The position numbers and the translations under genes are program-made. Below, one piece after another: positions 12,798-25,917 of a stretch of DNA of 64,000 bases. The notes beneath the pieces were generated by a model. That model was not told the DNA's origin, did no database searches, and saw only the letters and a list, made by a program, of their open reading frames with translations. The stretch's first letter is position 1. Every line of letters begins with the position of its first letter. The DNA is from Hypanus sabinus (taxonomy: Eukaryota): the NCBI RefSeq assembly GCF_030144855.1, contig NC_082718.1, forward strand, positions 32,612,001-32,676,000, written 5' to 3'.

Positions 12798-12925
12798 AAA
12801 CACAAGGTTCACTGCAGATGCTGTGGTCAAATCAAGACGTACAAAAAAGCTGGATGAACTCAGCAGGTCGGGCAGCATCCGTTGAAAGAAGCAGTCAATG
12901 TTTTGGGTCGAGACCCTTCATCAGG
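12798..12925 (-). mobile_element. Penelope-derived short element with decayed hammerhead motif
   Basis: TSD acatttctatt (12787-12797 / 12926-12936); minus strand reads gtc-ctgatga-agggtctcgaccc-aaaa-catt-gactg. Confidence 0.75.
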
Positions 12926-13732
12926 ACATTTCTATTGGTGTTTATCCAGCTATTGAAAGCACAAGCTTTTGTTTTAAAAAACTGCTGAGAGTGTAAAAGG
13001 TACAGCATCAGTTATACATAAACAAATGTCCAGTGAGAACTATTGCTTAATGAAGAGTCTATTTATTAATTTAACCATGTTATTAACATTTCTAAACAAT
13101 TAAGTGCACGTGGAGAATGAGTGCAGTTGTCAAACTAGGTTATGGGACACAAGCAGTCGCAATCTTATCAGTCTCACTTCGTGAGTGCTGTCGCAGGGTC
13201 TCAGGCCAAAACCATCAGATTTTCTTGCTTCCACTGTTACAGCCACTCACTACGTTCCTCCAGCACAGGTATTCCCAACCTCTACTTATGCCTTGGGCCT
13301 CTAGCATTACCCGAGGGGTTTGTGGACCCCAGCCCTGGTGGTAGTTTGTGTTTCTGCAATCTCTTGCTTCAGTCAATATTAGTTCAAACATGACGACTCC
13401 TCAGCTGGGAGGGAGCTACAATACAAAGTGCTGGACAACACAACTTTCCACCCATCTCTCTTCAACGATTGATCAGAGTTCCTGAAATCTCTTTTAAGAT
13501 TCTCCTCCAAAGTGATTTATGATTTAGAGGAAAACTCCGGCACTGGAATCACAATCTGGAGTGCTTTCGATCATTAGGGAACTTTAAAAATTACACTTCA
13601 GATCTTCCCTCTTTCCAGGAGAGGGGAAAATAGAAGATAGTACACTCAATATGATGAGCCGATTCACAAACTGATCCTGACTGTATAGAACTTTGGTCTG
13701 TTGAAAAGTTACCTTTAATAAACTTTTCACCT

Positions 13733-14580
13733 TATAGAACAGTACTGCACAGGAATAGGCCCACAATGTTGTGCTAAACCAGCGAAAAAGTAAATCAAGT
13801 CTGCCCGCCCTCCCGAAAACTAAGCCTTGCTATCTACACAACGTCCATATCCCTCCACCTGCTTCACATTCACAAGCCTGTCTAAGAGCCCCTGATGTAT
13901 TTGCCTCTGTCACCATATTTAGTTTCATGAGAGTGGTGGGGACTGAGGCGGAGATCTGACAGAGGTTTACACGATTGGGAGAGGCATAGATTGAGTAGAC
14001 AGGGAGTATCTGTTTCCCAGGGTGGAAATGTCTAATACCAGAGGACATGCATTGAGGGTGAGAGGGGTAGGTTCCAAAGGGATGTGAGGGGTAAATATTT
14101 CACTCAGAGTTGTTGATGTCTGGAATAGTGGTAGAAACAAATACATTATAGACTTTTAGGAGACATTTGGATAGGCACATGGATTTAAGGATGGAGGGAT
14201 ATGGACAGGGTGTAGAAAGGAGGGGTTAGTGTTTGGATATTTTTGATTTGCTTTTTAGCTGGTTTGCCACAACAGTGTGGGCTGAATGGCCTGTTCCTGT
14301 GCTGTACTCTTCTACAACACGGACATTCCACCACCACTAAGTAATAAAAAAACACTTACCCCTCACATCCTCCTTGCCCCTAACCCCTCTCACCTTCAAT
14401 GTATGCCCTCTTGTATTAAGACATTTCAACCTGCTGAAACAGATACAGTCTACTCTACCTGTGCCTCTCAATCTTACAAGCCTCTATCAGATCTCCTCTC
14501 AGCCTCTGCCGCTAAGTCTGTCCGGTCTCTCGTGATAGCTCATGCCCTCTAATCTAGGCAGTGTTCTGCTAAACCTCATT
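13733..14580. mobile_element. CR1 3' fragments: a plus-strand copy (~13925-14315) nested in a minus-strand copy of a related family
   Basis: CR1 3' motifs in both orientations (gcacaggaataggcccaca / gtgggctgaatggcctgttcctgtgc). Confidence 0.65.
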
Positions 14581-14789
14581 CAGAAAGGAAGAAACTAGAT
14601 CTCCCAGAAGAATTTTCTTCCCCAAATGGAACAATCCAACAAGGGCATTAGAATAAATTTATTTATCTTTTATTTGTACAAATCTAGGATCTCTACAATA
14701 GATCATGACCCCCTTAGTTACAGTGATTTGGAATTTTATAACAAAAACTCACTAAGATGCAGGAAAATTCAATGGAAAATTCATCATTA

Positions 14790-15100
14790 TGACATGGGCG
14801 GAATTGACATGGTCATTCTGGGCAAATTTTTCTACAGAGGTGGCTTGCTATTACTTGCTTCTGGACAGTATCTTTACAAGATGGGTGACCCCAGCCATTA
14901 TCAATACTCTTCAGAGATTGTCTGCCTGGTATCAATGATCACATAACCAGGACTTGTGATATGCACCAGCTGCTCCCATGGCTTCATGTGACCCTGATCA
15001 GGGGGCTAAGCAGATGCTACACCTTGCCCAAGGGTGACCTGCAGGCTAGCGGAGGAAAAGAATGCCTTTGGTAGAGACATATCTCCACCCTGCTATCCCA
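14790..15100 (-). mobile_element. RTE-related SINE
   Basis: Homologous to 7915-8225 and 63470-63850. Confidence 0.65.
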
Positions 15101-17154
15101 AAAAGTAACTGAAACACAAGTAAAATCTCTGCAAAATTTTATTTTTACAAGAACATTACCATTAATGATCTGTAATACCTCAGAATGCTCAGCAGTTAAA
15201 AGGCACAATCCTACAGAAATTGAATATATATATTTTAAGTACATATTACAATGGTACAAAAACCACATAACCCATATCAGAATGACCAGAAACCCTGACT
15301 CTGTACAACTCAAGTGTCCCAAGTGATTCCATTTAAACAAAAGTCCAGTACCTGAGAGCAGAAATGAAGCCCAGCAAGGCAGCATCACACAATAGATAAC
15401 CAAATAAAAATCAAGGCTTGTTATAACATTAGAAGTAACACTTTTCAGGGAATGTTATCTTAAATTAAGTGTTTCTGCAAAACAATCCCAGGAATGAGAA
15501 TGACAAGCTGGAATTTAAATTTTACTGCATCTCACATTTCCCATGATTTACAGGTAGCATTAAATACTTATGATTTGAAAAAGCACAGACCGAAAGACTG
15601 CTAAATCCACTGGCCAGATCAACTCTATTACCTACTATCTTTGGTTCTCATTGTCCCTCGATACATGTTGAATTTAATTAACTCAAATATACAAATCAAA
15701 CCACTCTTTTCATTGATTCTTGTCAGTCGAGACTAACAGGCCCACTTTACCCTTGAGAATTGTATGACAACAAAATGCATATTTACTTCTAATGGAGACT
15801 ATTTTGACATTAACAGATGCACTTTTGAAGTCTTACATTTTGCTTACAATGTGAGCTGTGTGTAAAGAAAAAGAATGTTCAGTATCAGTTTTATTTAATA
15901 AAGCAGAGTTATTAAAGTTTTCAGAAATTAATTCAAATTGCTGCACATCACAATATTCAGCAAGGGTAACAGCAAGTTTCAAAATAACAGGAGTTACCAA
16001 ATTAGAAATAAAGATTCTTTATAGTTACACACAAAGCAGACAGATGTGATTATGCATAGGCACAGCTGAACGCTTAATTTCAGTTTAAATGAATTCAGTT
16101 TTGAAATAATTTAATGAATCACAAAAAGACCAGTGTTGGCTGTGGGGGAAAATACTGACTGAAAAATCACAACTTGTGCATATCCAGTTATTTTGAGTAT
16201 TTAGTCTGGGAAAACTAGAATTAAAACTGTGAGCATGAACAGGTGTTGTTACATGTTTTTCATGTTTAATTCTACTTTCCTCAAAATTAAATAGTACCGT
16301 ATAACATGCAACATTTCATTTTCTGAAGTTTATTAAAGCTTAGTGGAAATGTTATTCATTCCATCAGAATGAAACATTTCCCAAAAGATATTTAAACATA
16401 CAGAGCCTTGAATAGCATCTCAAATGTTTTTGTGATCCATATGATTTTATAAGTTAGACCTGCTGATACATTCTGCTTTAAATCTAACAAAACTGTTTAC
16501 TAATTTGGTTAAAATTACAGCTTATCCAAATCAAGATATATATGGCACAATTATTATTAACCTAAGAGACAACACTTGCAATGCATTCAGATTCCTGATG
16601 CAGGCATGTATTTCCATGACGTTATTTTCACTTTACCATTTCCCTGACAATTTTAGTCAAAATAAAATTGTTAAACTAGTTGTACCAGAAATAAGATGGG
16701 TGTGATTTGTATGACAAACCAATGTACCTATCTCCCCAAAAGGCATCAAGGTGCACTTTACATTTCTGCAAACATTCAAAAGGCTAAATAAAAATGAATT
16801 GAGCCCTTTACTCGTCAAGAAAACTGCATGGTTATATGTATCACACACACAAAATGCCAGAGGAACTCAGTAATCTACGGAGAGTCAATGTTTTGGGTCA
16901 AGATCCTATATTCCCCTCCATAGATACTGCCTGACTTTGAGTTCCTCCAGCATTTTGTGTGCTGCAGAGTCTCGTTTTTAATGTTATACCCATGTATTTA
17001 CCCACACACAATTCATTGTTTAGATGAAAAAGTGTAATCTTGATAATTAAATTATAAATTATTACATTTTATTCATTTTTCCCTACACAACTTGCATTAG
17101 ACAGAATACAGAATTTCACAGAGCAACGTTTTGGTATTGAAGGTGATACTAGAC

Positions 17155-17236
17155 CAACAGCTCCCAACATGGGTTCCATAAGACCCCTTGGATTAATGGC
17201 AAGGCTCCATGGCATTAACCAGGTTGGGAACCCCTG
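17155..17236. mobile_element. ~80-bp hAT (Charlie/Buster-like) MITE
   Basis: TIR caggggttcccaac-type; 8-bp TSD tactagac/tacgagac. Confidence 0.8.
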
Positions 17237-17612
17237 TACGAGACCTACAAATATGAAGCAGTCTAGCAGTCAGCAAGATATGCAGATTCACAGTAAGTGA
17301 ACATGATCACTACTGCTTAAGGAAGTCGTACTAGATTCCTCGAATGATTTGAAAACATATAACGGAAATACAAATTCAGAATAGTGTAATCAACGAGAGC
17401 AAACCTTGCAAACTAAAACACTGGCAAACTGTGTTTTTAATTATCAACCATCCATAAATAAAAACGAGCGTAGCACAATACAATTCATAAAACACTCAAG
17501 AATTTATTATATTCCCAACTCTGATAGAGGAAGTAGCTTTCAAATAGATTACTGCCTGGCCAGATTTGGCATTTAATGGGCTATTAGGAATGCTAAAATC
17601 ATTTGACTCAGG

Positions 17613-17695
17613 CAGGGGTTCCTGACCTTGTTTATGCTACTCACCAATACTATTATTAAGCAAGGGGTTGGTGGATCCCAGGCTGGGAACCCCTG
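17613..17695. mobile_element. ~80-bp hAT MITE
   Basis: caggggttcctgacc...ggctgggaacccctg; TSD gactcagg/gactaaga. Confidence 0.8.
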
Positions 17696-18898
17696 GACTA
17701 AGACAAGAAGGGTGGAGTATTAAAAGCAGATTGTTATTTTATGGCATTAAGTGTTGTTCATACTTTTTAAACAACGCAGAAAATTGATGAAGTGCTTGCT
17801 GGATAGAAACAGGTGATGAATCTACTATACAACTGGATACCTGTGTATGGAACTGAAAAAAAAAGCATTAAACTTGACAGTGAAGATCCTCATTGGAACA
17901 TAGCCTGCTCGTACTTAAATCAATACTAATTATTGTAATGTAAAATAACCAAAATAAGGGAAGGGGCCCTAGCAATTATACAGCAACTCCTCATTATTTC
18001 CAGAAATGGAGATTTTCACTCCCAGCTAGTATGGCCTATCAATGAGAATTCACCCATGTTCTGAATCTCATCTATTACTGAATTCCGGGTGTAAACTGAA
18101 CACCGGAAAAATGCACATCTTCCTTCAGCACTCCTACAAGTAAAAGGTCTTCCAAATATTTTACTCTGGAAAGAGGGAGGCAGGGGTGGGTGGAAAGTGG
18201 GGAGGAGATCTGTCCATCAGATTTGAAACACGCTGTAAAATGGCAAACTTCAGGAGGGGAGGCAAAAACCTGGAAATGCATGTAGCTTGTGAAAGAGTGA
18301 ATCATAAATAATTGTAAATACTTATTTTATTAGAATCCATTAGCCTTCAAAGTAAGAGTTAATAAATGTAACTAAAAGCTACCGGTTGTATCTTAAAATT
18401 GTAAACAGTTGCTACCTTTTGGATAATACATCAAAATCTTAAAGTTACCAGGACAGTTCTGTGTAGTTTCAGTTGTTAATGAGCAGATGAGATAATCCCA
18501 AGATTGCCCCAGTGGCATTTGAACATGATTCTAAAGCAACCATAGGCTTCTTGATGTGCATTCAATGGAAATAATGCTACTACAATATTTCAAAATATGA
18601 CTTTGTGAATTTAAGTTCTGCCACACCTACTCTCAAACTGACAGGCTTAAAATACAGTAACTTGTGAATTAAGTTCATAGAGCCCATTTCTTGCGAGTTA
18701 CAACTCATGCTTTTTTGCATAACATGGAATCAGTTTAATTTCTGGTAATTATTTCTTGTCATTCCCAGCAGGCATGGCCTGTCAAACTGAAGACATCCAT
18801 GTTCTGAATCACATCTGTTACTGAATTCAAAATGTAAATCAAACACTGGAAAATCCAAATCTTCCTTCAGCATTTCTCAAACAATGTCTTCCTTTCAG

Positions 18899-19070
18899 TT
18901 AGAAGAGTTGATTTGAATATTTATGGAGGTAACTCTGTACAAATGGTCTTGACAGTATCAACTGAATGGTCCCTTTTCCCAAACGGTAGCAGCCATAACC
19001 CACGAGTCCAAAAACTGTTGTTTTAAGAGAAAACTTCAATACTTTCAAAGCTAACGAAGGTGGAGGAACA
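18899..19070 (-). CDS. TRABD: TraB domain-containing protein, last coding exon (C-terminal membrane anchor)
   Basis: Acceptor ggcag|T; (S)VPPPSLALKVLKFSLKTTVFGLVGYGCYRLGKG...QLF*; TAA at 18901-18899. Confidence 0.93.
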
Positions 19071-19745
19071 CTGCCAAGAAAAAAGGTAATCCATTGGTTA
19101 TTGAAGGAAGAGGAAAGAAACAATGTACTAAGCATATCAACATGAATAGGTTGGCAAAGGTTAGCTAGTTAGGCAGCAGTGGTACAAAGAGTCAACCTTT
19201 CAGACCAACGTTTGTCAGGGAGTGGGTGGGGAAGAGAATAAAACAAGTTCTTGGGAGGGATCAGAATCTATCACAGGCATATGTTGTGAAATTTGCTGTT
19301 ATGCAACAGCAGTACATAATAAAAACTGGAAATTACTACAAGTATATATAAAAACTGGAAATTAAGATATATTAAAAATTTTATAAAATAGATAATCTCT
19401 GATGGGGAGGGGTCAGGATTAACCGAATGCACCTATTTCCTGGAATGACTCAGAAATCCCTGTTGCTTGGTATTTTAATTCTCCATCCACCTCCTATAAT
19501 ACTTTCGACTTGTGCCTACAACTTCCTGAATTGGTATAATACACTTCATCTTCCATTAGGCATACTGCAGGCTTCTGAACTCAGTACAATTCCTACAAAT
19601 TCAGATTAACACACTTTCCCGGTCTGTATCGTAACTCACAAATCCTGCTGCAAAAGTCATTGGTTTGTGATATGCTTGTTTCTCTCTTCACTGGCGCCAC
19701 CTGTCCTGCTGAGAGTGTTCCACAAGGCTTAAAGTTCCCCACTTT

Positions 19746-21233
19746 GAGTTTAATTTATTTATTTTTTGTGGTGTAATATATATTTGATGTAAAAAGTTAT
19801 ATTGTACTAATCTTAGTCAAATATTTATTGTATTTGTCATACTGTCAAGACATAATCTTGACCCACTTGTTTTAATATTCAAATCAGTTTCCCATTTTTG
19901 TCTTGACTTATGAATTCCTTGTTTAATTGCCTGTTTTTGAATCAAATTATACATACCAGAAATAATTTTTAAAATTTTTCCTTTATGAATTAAAAGTTTC
20001 TATTTCACTAGGTTTCGGCAATAACATTGTTTGACCCAGTTTATCTCTTAAATAAGCCTTTAATTGGAAATAACAGAAAAGAGTGTTATTTGATATTTTA
20101 TATTTATTCTTTAATTGGTCAAATGACATTAATATACCTCCTTCAAAACAGACCCCTACATATCTAATCCCTTTGTGAAACCAGTTATATAAAAGTTGAT
20201 TATCCACTGTAAAAGTGCTGTTTATTTTGAATTAAAGGTCTCTTTGCTAATAAAGATTTCTTTATCTCATCGTCAACATTTATCTTATTCCATAAATCAA
20301 TCAAATGTTTTAGTATAGGAGATTCTTTCTTTTCCCGTATCCATTTAGATTCCCATTTATATATAAAATCTTCTGGTATATTTTCTCCTATTTTATCTAA
20401 TTCTATTCTAATCCATGCTGGTTTATCTTCATCAAAAAAAGATGCAATAAATCTAAGTTGATTTGCTTTGTAATAATTCTTAAAATTTGGTAAATGTAAC
20501 CCTCCTAGGTCAAATTTCCATGTCAATTTTTCCAACGATATTCTTGACCTCTTACCTTTCCAAAGGAATTTCCTCACACATTTATTTATCTGATCAATGT
20601 TTTTGATGTAATCAAGAAATTGGTACTTTTTTTTAAAACACACTCTACTTGGTCTTGTTTTAAAATTCAACCTTTTTGGAGAAATTTAAGAGTTTTACTG
20701 GAACAAATTATTGGAATACAACTTCCACATAATCCAACATTATTTTTACTAGGCAATATTGAAGGGATAAAATTGAAATCCAAATTGAATAAATATCAGA
20801 AAGAATTCATAAAAATTGCATTGGCAGTAGCCAAAAAAGCTGTTGCAGTTACTTGGAAATCGGATTCATACTTAAGTATAGATCGTTGGAAGAATGAAAT
20901 TTTTAGCTGCATTCCACTTGAAAAAATTACTTATAATTTAGGAGATAAATATGAAATATTTCTGAAAATTTGGCGCCCTTATTTACAAAAAATAGGATTA
21001 AATATATAGGTGCTCCGAAGATAAAATTATTGGTTATCTGGGGAGATAAATAAATATACATATTAAAGCTATAGTGAACTCCGTGGAGCATGTGGGGATC
21101 TTCCGATATCCAGGCACTCTTTCTTTCTTTTTCTTTTCTATAGGGATATGTTGGGGGGAGGGGTTAAGGGGAGGGGGGAAGGGTCGATAATCTTTTTTCT
21201 TTCTGTAACCTATTTGAAAATTCAAAAAAAAAG
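19746..21233. mobile_element. L1-clade LINE with 5' inversion (minus 19746-20585, plus 20586-21233), A-rich tail and 15-bp TSD
   Basis: TSD aaagttccccacttt / aaagttcccaacttt; ORF2 C-terminal peptides (GGLHLPNFKNYY; HSTWSCFKIQPFW) lie on opposite strands. Confidence 0.9.
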
Positions 21234-21280
21234 AAAGTTCCCAACTTTTATGCTCCAGTGCTTGTGTTGTCTTCAACCGA

Positions 21281-21453
21281 CCCCACTCACGGTCAACTGG
21301 TCAACGATTGCAACTGCCCCCATTCACTCATCAACCACTACAACTGCCCCCATTAACCCGTCAACTGGACGATCACTACAGCTGCCCCATTCACCCATCA
21401 ACTGGATGACCACAACTGCCCTAGTCACCTGCTAACTGGATGACCACGACAAC
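21281..21453. repeat. Degenerate minisatellite, ~5 units of 30-39 bp
   Basis: Recurrent tcaactggatgaccacaactgcccccattcacc motif. Confidence 0.7.
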
Positions 21454-22429
21454 ATTCACTCTCAGAGATATTCCATTTGCCCATCCATCTCTCCCCCCTC
21501 TTCACTCTATTGCTTCAAACTAACTTCTTTTCTTCAGTTTTGATATTTCAGACAAACTCACTTTCTCTGAAGATGATGCCTAATCTCAAATTTTTCCAGC
21601 TTTTTCAGTTTTAGTTCAGGTTTACTGCATCTACAGCTTACTATTTTCATCAAGAATGCAATCACATTAAAATGTTTATTAAGCTGCTTTTCTGTAAACC
21701 CTTGGCAGACATAAAACTGGTTAGGCATTTATCCCCATACTGTTCCTGAACCATGCCAACGCTGGCATACCTCAAATCAACTCTTGAACTACAGTGCAGC
21801 AGACACATTGGTGAAATCAGACTAGCAGAAAATCTGATCTGATGATCTCTGCCAGGCAAGGAAACCTTTCCCGAATGTGTGCCTCCAGACCCAATGTTGT
21901 TCATTTTTAGATGCCCCCTGAAATGGTTTCCAGCAATTCACTCAAGGCAATTCAAGGGCAATGACGATTGCTGGCCTTTATATTGATGACCAGATGCTGA
22001 GAAGTGAGCAAATTTTTAAAAATATATTAAAAATTATTGTCTCTCAGAACATTAATGGAATTCCTGAGTTGATTTTTTTTCCAATTTTGGTGAAATCCAG
22101 AATTCTGAATTTCATAACTATCTCCAACTAAAAACACTGAAATGGAAATACTTCCTGCTGGAGGACACTAACTCGCTTCATTTCAGATGATTTTCAGAAT
22201 TTCACTTCCAAGATCATCAAGTATGCTTTAATGAAACACAGAGCTCATATTTTTAAAATCAGGAATCAATGCAATAAAATCAAAAATTAAAGAATTTTTT
22301 TCTGAAAATTAGGACGGGACACCTCCAATACCAGCTATGATAAAACCACACACTGCTATTGATAAAGACCAGGACATCATTACAACACAGAACATGCCTA
22401 GTTAGTGATTTAAACCAATTTGGAAACAC

Positions 22430-22967
22430 CAGTGACCATGAATCAAAAGTAGTGGATATAGCCCAGTCCATCACGGTAAAGCCATCTCTACCACTGAGCA
22501 CATCTACACAAAGTGCTTTTGCAGGAAAGCAGCATCCATCATCAGGAACCCCCACCACTCAGGTCATGCTCTCTTCTCGCTGCTGCCATCAGGGAGGTAC
22601 AGGAGCCTCAGGACCCACACTTCCAGGTTCAGGGACAGTTACTACCCCTCAACCATCAGGCTCCCGAACCAGAGATCATCACTTCACTTGCCCCATCATT
22701 GCAATGTTCCCAAAACCTTTGGACTCACTTTCAAGGACTCATCATTTGTATTTGATATTTATTGCTTACTTATTTATTTTTATGTATTTGTACAGTGTGT
22801 TGTCTTCTGCACATGGGTTGAACACACAAGCTGGTGTGGTCTTTCACTGATTCCATTATGGTTATTATTCTGTTATGGATTTATTTGGTGTTCGCAAGCA
22901 AGTGAACTTCAGGGTTGTATATGGTGACATACATGTACTTTGATTGTAAATTTACTTTGAACTTTGA
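22430..22967 (+). mobile_element. Rex1-type LINE 3' end
   Basis: Rex1 C-terminal region and a tail ending tttactttgaactttga. Confidence 0.7.
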
Positions 22968-23218
22968 AAACCATGCAGTTTTGGTTACGCGATTCCTGTT
23001 GACGAACACTGTTCAGAAGTTCCACTTTTGACCTTTTATGTCCTCCTGAAGTACATTAATAATGTTACTCATTCCACACTGCTGCTTCTGCAGAGCCCCC
23101 TCAAACAAAGTACTTGGGCATCATTCCTCTGCCTGCTGGACACCCAATATCAATGACTGCTAAATCGCCTTCCACCCTGCTAGAAATACTGAGTGTCAAG
23201 CTGATAATGCTTCTAGTC

Positions 23219-23275
23219 CAGGGGTTCCAATATCATTAAGCAAGGGACCTGTGGACCATTGGTTGGGAACCCCTG
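23219..23275. mobile_element. hAT MITE (internally deleted)
   Basis: caggggttccaa...ggttgggaacccctg. Confidence 0.7.
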
Positions 23276-23453
23276 ACTTCTTCCTGCTGAGTAAAATGGC
23301 ACTCCCACATTCCACCCCACGTGGCAGCTACTCAGTAACATTTCAAGACCCAATCTATTTTCTAGACTGCACACACTTTTTTGGATCTCACTCACTTCAA
23401 GGCAGTTCCTGAACTTCATGGAGACTATTCTCTAGCCATTTATTTATTTAGAT

Positions 23454-23512
23454 CAGGGGTTCACATACCCTTTGTAGGGGCCCATAGCATAAAAAAAGGT
23501 TTGGAACCCCTG
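23454..23512. mobile_element. hAT MITE
   Basis: caggggttc...ggtttggaacccctg; TSD atttagat/atttacaa. Confidence 0.7.
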
Positions 23513-23785
23513 ATTTACAACACAGAACAAGTTCTTCTGGCCCAATGAGCTGCATGGCCCAGCAACCCGCCTATTTAACCCCAGCCCAATCACAGGATGA
23601 TTTATAATACCTAATTAATCTGGCAGCCACTATGTCTTTGGACTATGGGAAGAAGCCAGAGCACAGGGAGGAAACCCAAGCGGTCATGGGGAGAATGTAC
23701 AAGTTCTTTACATTTGTCAGTGCAACTGAACTCCAAGACCAAGCTGTTTTAGTGTCACAGTAGCTGCTACTCTACTGTGGCGTCC
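23513..23785 (-). mobile_element. V-SINE (HE1-like)
   Basis: Reverse V-domain tctttggactatgggaagaagccagagcac. Confidence 0.7.
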
Positions 23786-24007
23786 AAATTTCAAGAGAAG
23801 ATAATTAGCCAAATCAAGCATTTTAAAACATATGGCGGCCATCCCAAGTTTTCATGTAACCATTCCACCCACCCTACCCATGTTAGCAAGTCATTATAAA
23901 CAGGATACACTAATTAACTCCTGCAAACCAACTTTATGTTCTTGACATAAATAATCAACATACATTAACCCAAAGCAGTTTCACCTGAAAGGGAGAGCAA
24001 ACTTTAC

Positions 24008-24119
24008 CTTATTATTTCTTGAATATTTAATAGATTATTCCAGTTCTTCTCAATTCCTGGCACATGACCCATTCCAACGACTCCTACCACAACGGATGGC
24101 ATTCGCTGGCTGGGCTCAG
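24008..24119 (-). CDS. TRABD: TRABD coding exon 8
   Basis: aaag|CT...AG|GTAAAG; EPSQRMPSVVVGVVGMGHVPGIEKNWNNLLNIQEII (TraB GxGH motif); 112 nt. Confidence 0.95.
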
Positions 24120-24585
24120 CTTTAGAACAAGCAGAAACATTACTGACTGAGCCTCAAATAGTAATTGTGGTGTACAATCATTGAACTTTTAAATATTCTG
24201 GTGTACAGGAAATGACATTAAACAATCTTGAAAATGCAAAACTTTCAATCATTTTGCTTCCAAGAGTTATTTACCTCATGTTTTTTTATATTTATTTATT
24301 ACTACTATTTCTTTATTTTTATATTTGCAGCTTGTTGTCCATTGCACACTGATTGAACACCCAAGTTCCTGTGGTCTTTTACTGATTCTATGATGGTTAT
24401 TATTCTATTATGGAATTATTAACTATGCTTGGAAGAAATTGAGTTGTATATAGTGACTTGCATGTAATTTGATAATAAATTTACTTTGAACTTGGTATAT
24501 TTTATGATGACATTGTTTCTGTTTGCTGAATGGTCCCCTATATTTGCCCACAGAACAACTGCCAGCACTCCCATACCCCATAACA

Positions 24586-24665
24586 CAGGGTTTTCCAATC
24601 TTTTTTATGCCAAGGGCCAATACCATTAAGCAAGGGGTCCACAGACCTCAGGTTAGGAACACCTA
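24586..24665. mobile_element. hAT MITE
   Basis: TSD ccataaca/ccataacc. Confidence 0.8.
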
Positions 24666-24895
24666 CCATAACCTCTTCTCCTGCATATCATCAAACTCAT
24701 TTTTTATGCTCCTTCCACCCATCTACACTTTAGGTCATTTATATAACCTATTAACCACATCCTTGGAATGTGGAAGAAATGCTGAGCACTGGCAAAACCA
24801 ATACAGGAGCAAATCGAACTCAGTGGAGCCGAGTCACCTGTTCTACCTACTACCTAAATCATTATATTTATTTATTTAATTAATATACTTTAGAG

Positions 24896-24975
24896 CAGGG
24901 ATTCCCAACCTCTTTTATGCCATGGACCTCGACCATTAACCAAGGGGTCCAAGGAGCCTAGGTTGAGAACCCCTG
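24896..24975. mobile_element. hAT MITE
   Basis: TSD ctttagag/atttagag. Confidence 0.8.
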
Positions 24976-25262
24976 ATTTAGAGGTACAGTGCGAAATACA
25001 CCCTTCTGGCACTTACAGACCAGTGACTTGAATTTGTTCCTGCTCTCTTCTGTTAATGGTACAACCCCCGATTTAATCCCAACCTAATCAAGGGGCAATT
25101 TACAATGACCAGTTAACTTATCCAGAACGTCTCTGGACTTTGGGAGGAAACCGGAGCCCCTGGTGGAGAACATAACAAACTCCTCACAGGCAGCGGCAGG
25201 AAATGAACTTGTGTTGCTCGTCCAGTAAAGTGTTGTGCTAACCACTACACTACCATGCCGCC
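24976..25262 (-). mobile_element. V-SINE (HE1-like)
   Basis: Reverse V-domain and tRNA head (gtgctaaccactacactaccatgccgcc). Confidence 0.75.
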
Positions 25263-25595
25263 CTATCTGAGAACAATTTCTGGAATTGCACAGCATGACA
25301 AGGTGACTCTTCTTCATATACAATTTAATTCTCAGTACATTGAGCAATGTGCAGAAATCCCTGTCCTTCCATTTATTGCCTTGCAGAAATCAGTGAAGAG
25401 AACCGAGAATGCAAACTGTAGCTCTTCAGAATTGTCTTGGCTAAAATTACCTAACTCAACAGGGGTTAGAGATCAAGGCATGAAGCAGTTTGGTACACAT
25501 CAGCGAGCAGCACAATTATAATGCAGAGTTGGCTCACAGAAGGTGCGCATGCATATGAGTACCATACAAAATTCCAATCCCTGGGTTAGACTTAC

Positions 25596-25768
25596 GTCCC
25601 AAAGCCAGAGGTAGTTCTAACGGCTTTGCGGCTTGCTTTAACATATAGGCTAGGTAAACATCACGTTCGGCAACAATGGTGCGGTGAAGATCAGGAAACT
25701 CTCCAATCATTTCAGACATCATCTGCTCCAGAAGATCTTTTTGTTTGCACTTTTCTACGTCATCTTTA
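25596..25768 (-). CDS. TRABD: TRABD coding exon 7
   Basis: ttcag|T...C|GTAAG; KDDVEKCKQKDLLEQMMSEMIGEFPDLHRTIVAERDVYLAYMLKQAAKPLELPLALG; 173 nt. Confidence 0.96.
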
Positions 25769-25917
25769 CTGAAACAGATCAACCAATTAAAAGTTTATGA
25801 TAAAATACACCATGACTATAATTTTACACTTGCTTCTTTGAGCAAATTACTACGCTGAGAAAAATTGAACAATTTCAGTATGAAATAGGTGATGCAGAAT
25901 ACACATTAAACCTGCAA

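Larger units (their letters stand above)
15120..18898 (-). other. Putative long TRABD 3' UTR
   Basis: AT-rich, LINE-poor sequence after the stop codon; sense-strand AATAAA at 18326-31, 17068-73, 16329-34 and 15138-43. Confidence 0.5.

Noticed and set aside
1-19000. SECIS element / Sec codon for SELENOO
   Set aside because: These lie at the gene's 3' end, outside the window; none could be supported here.
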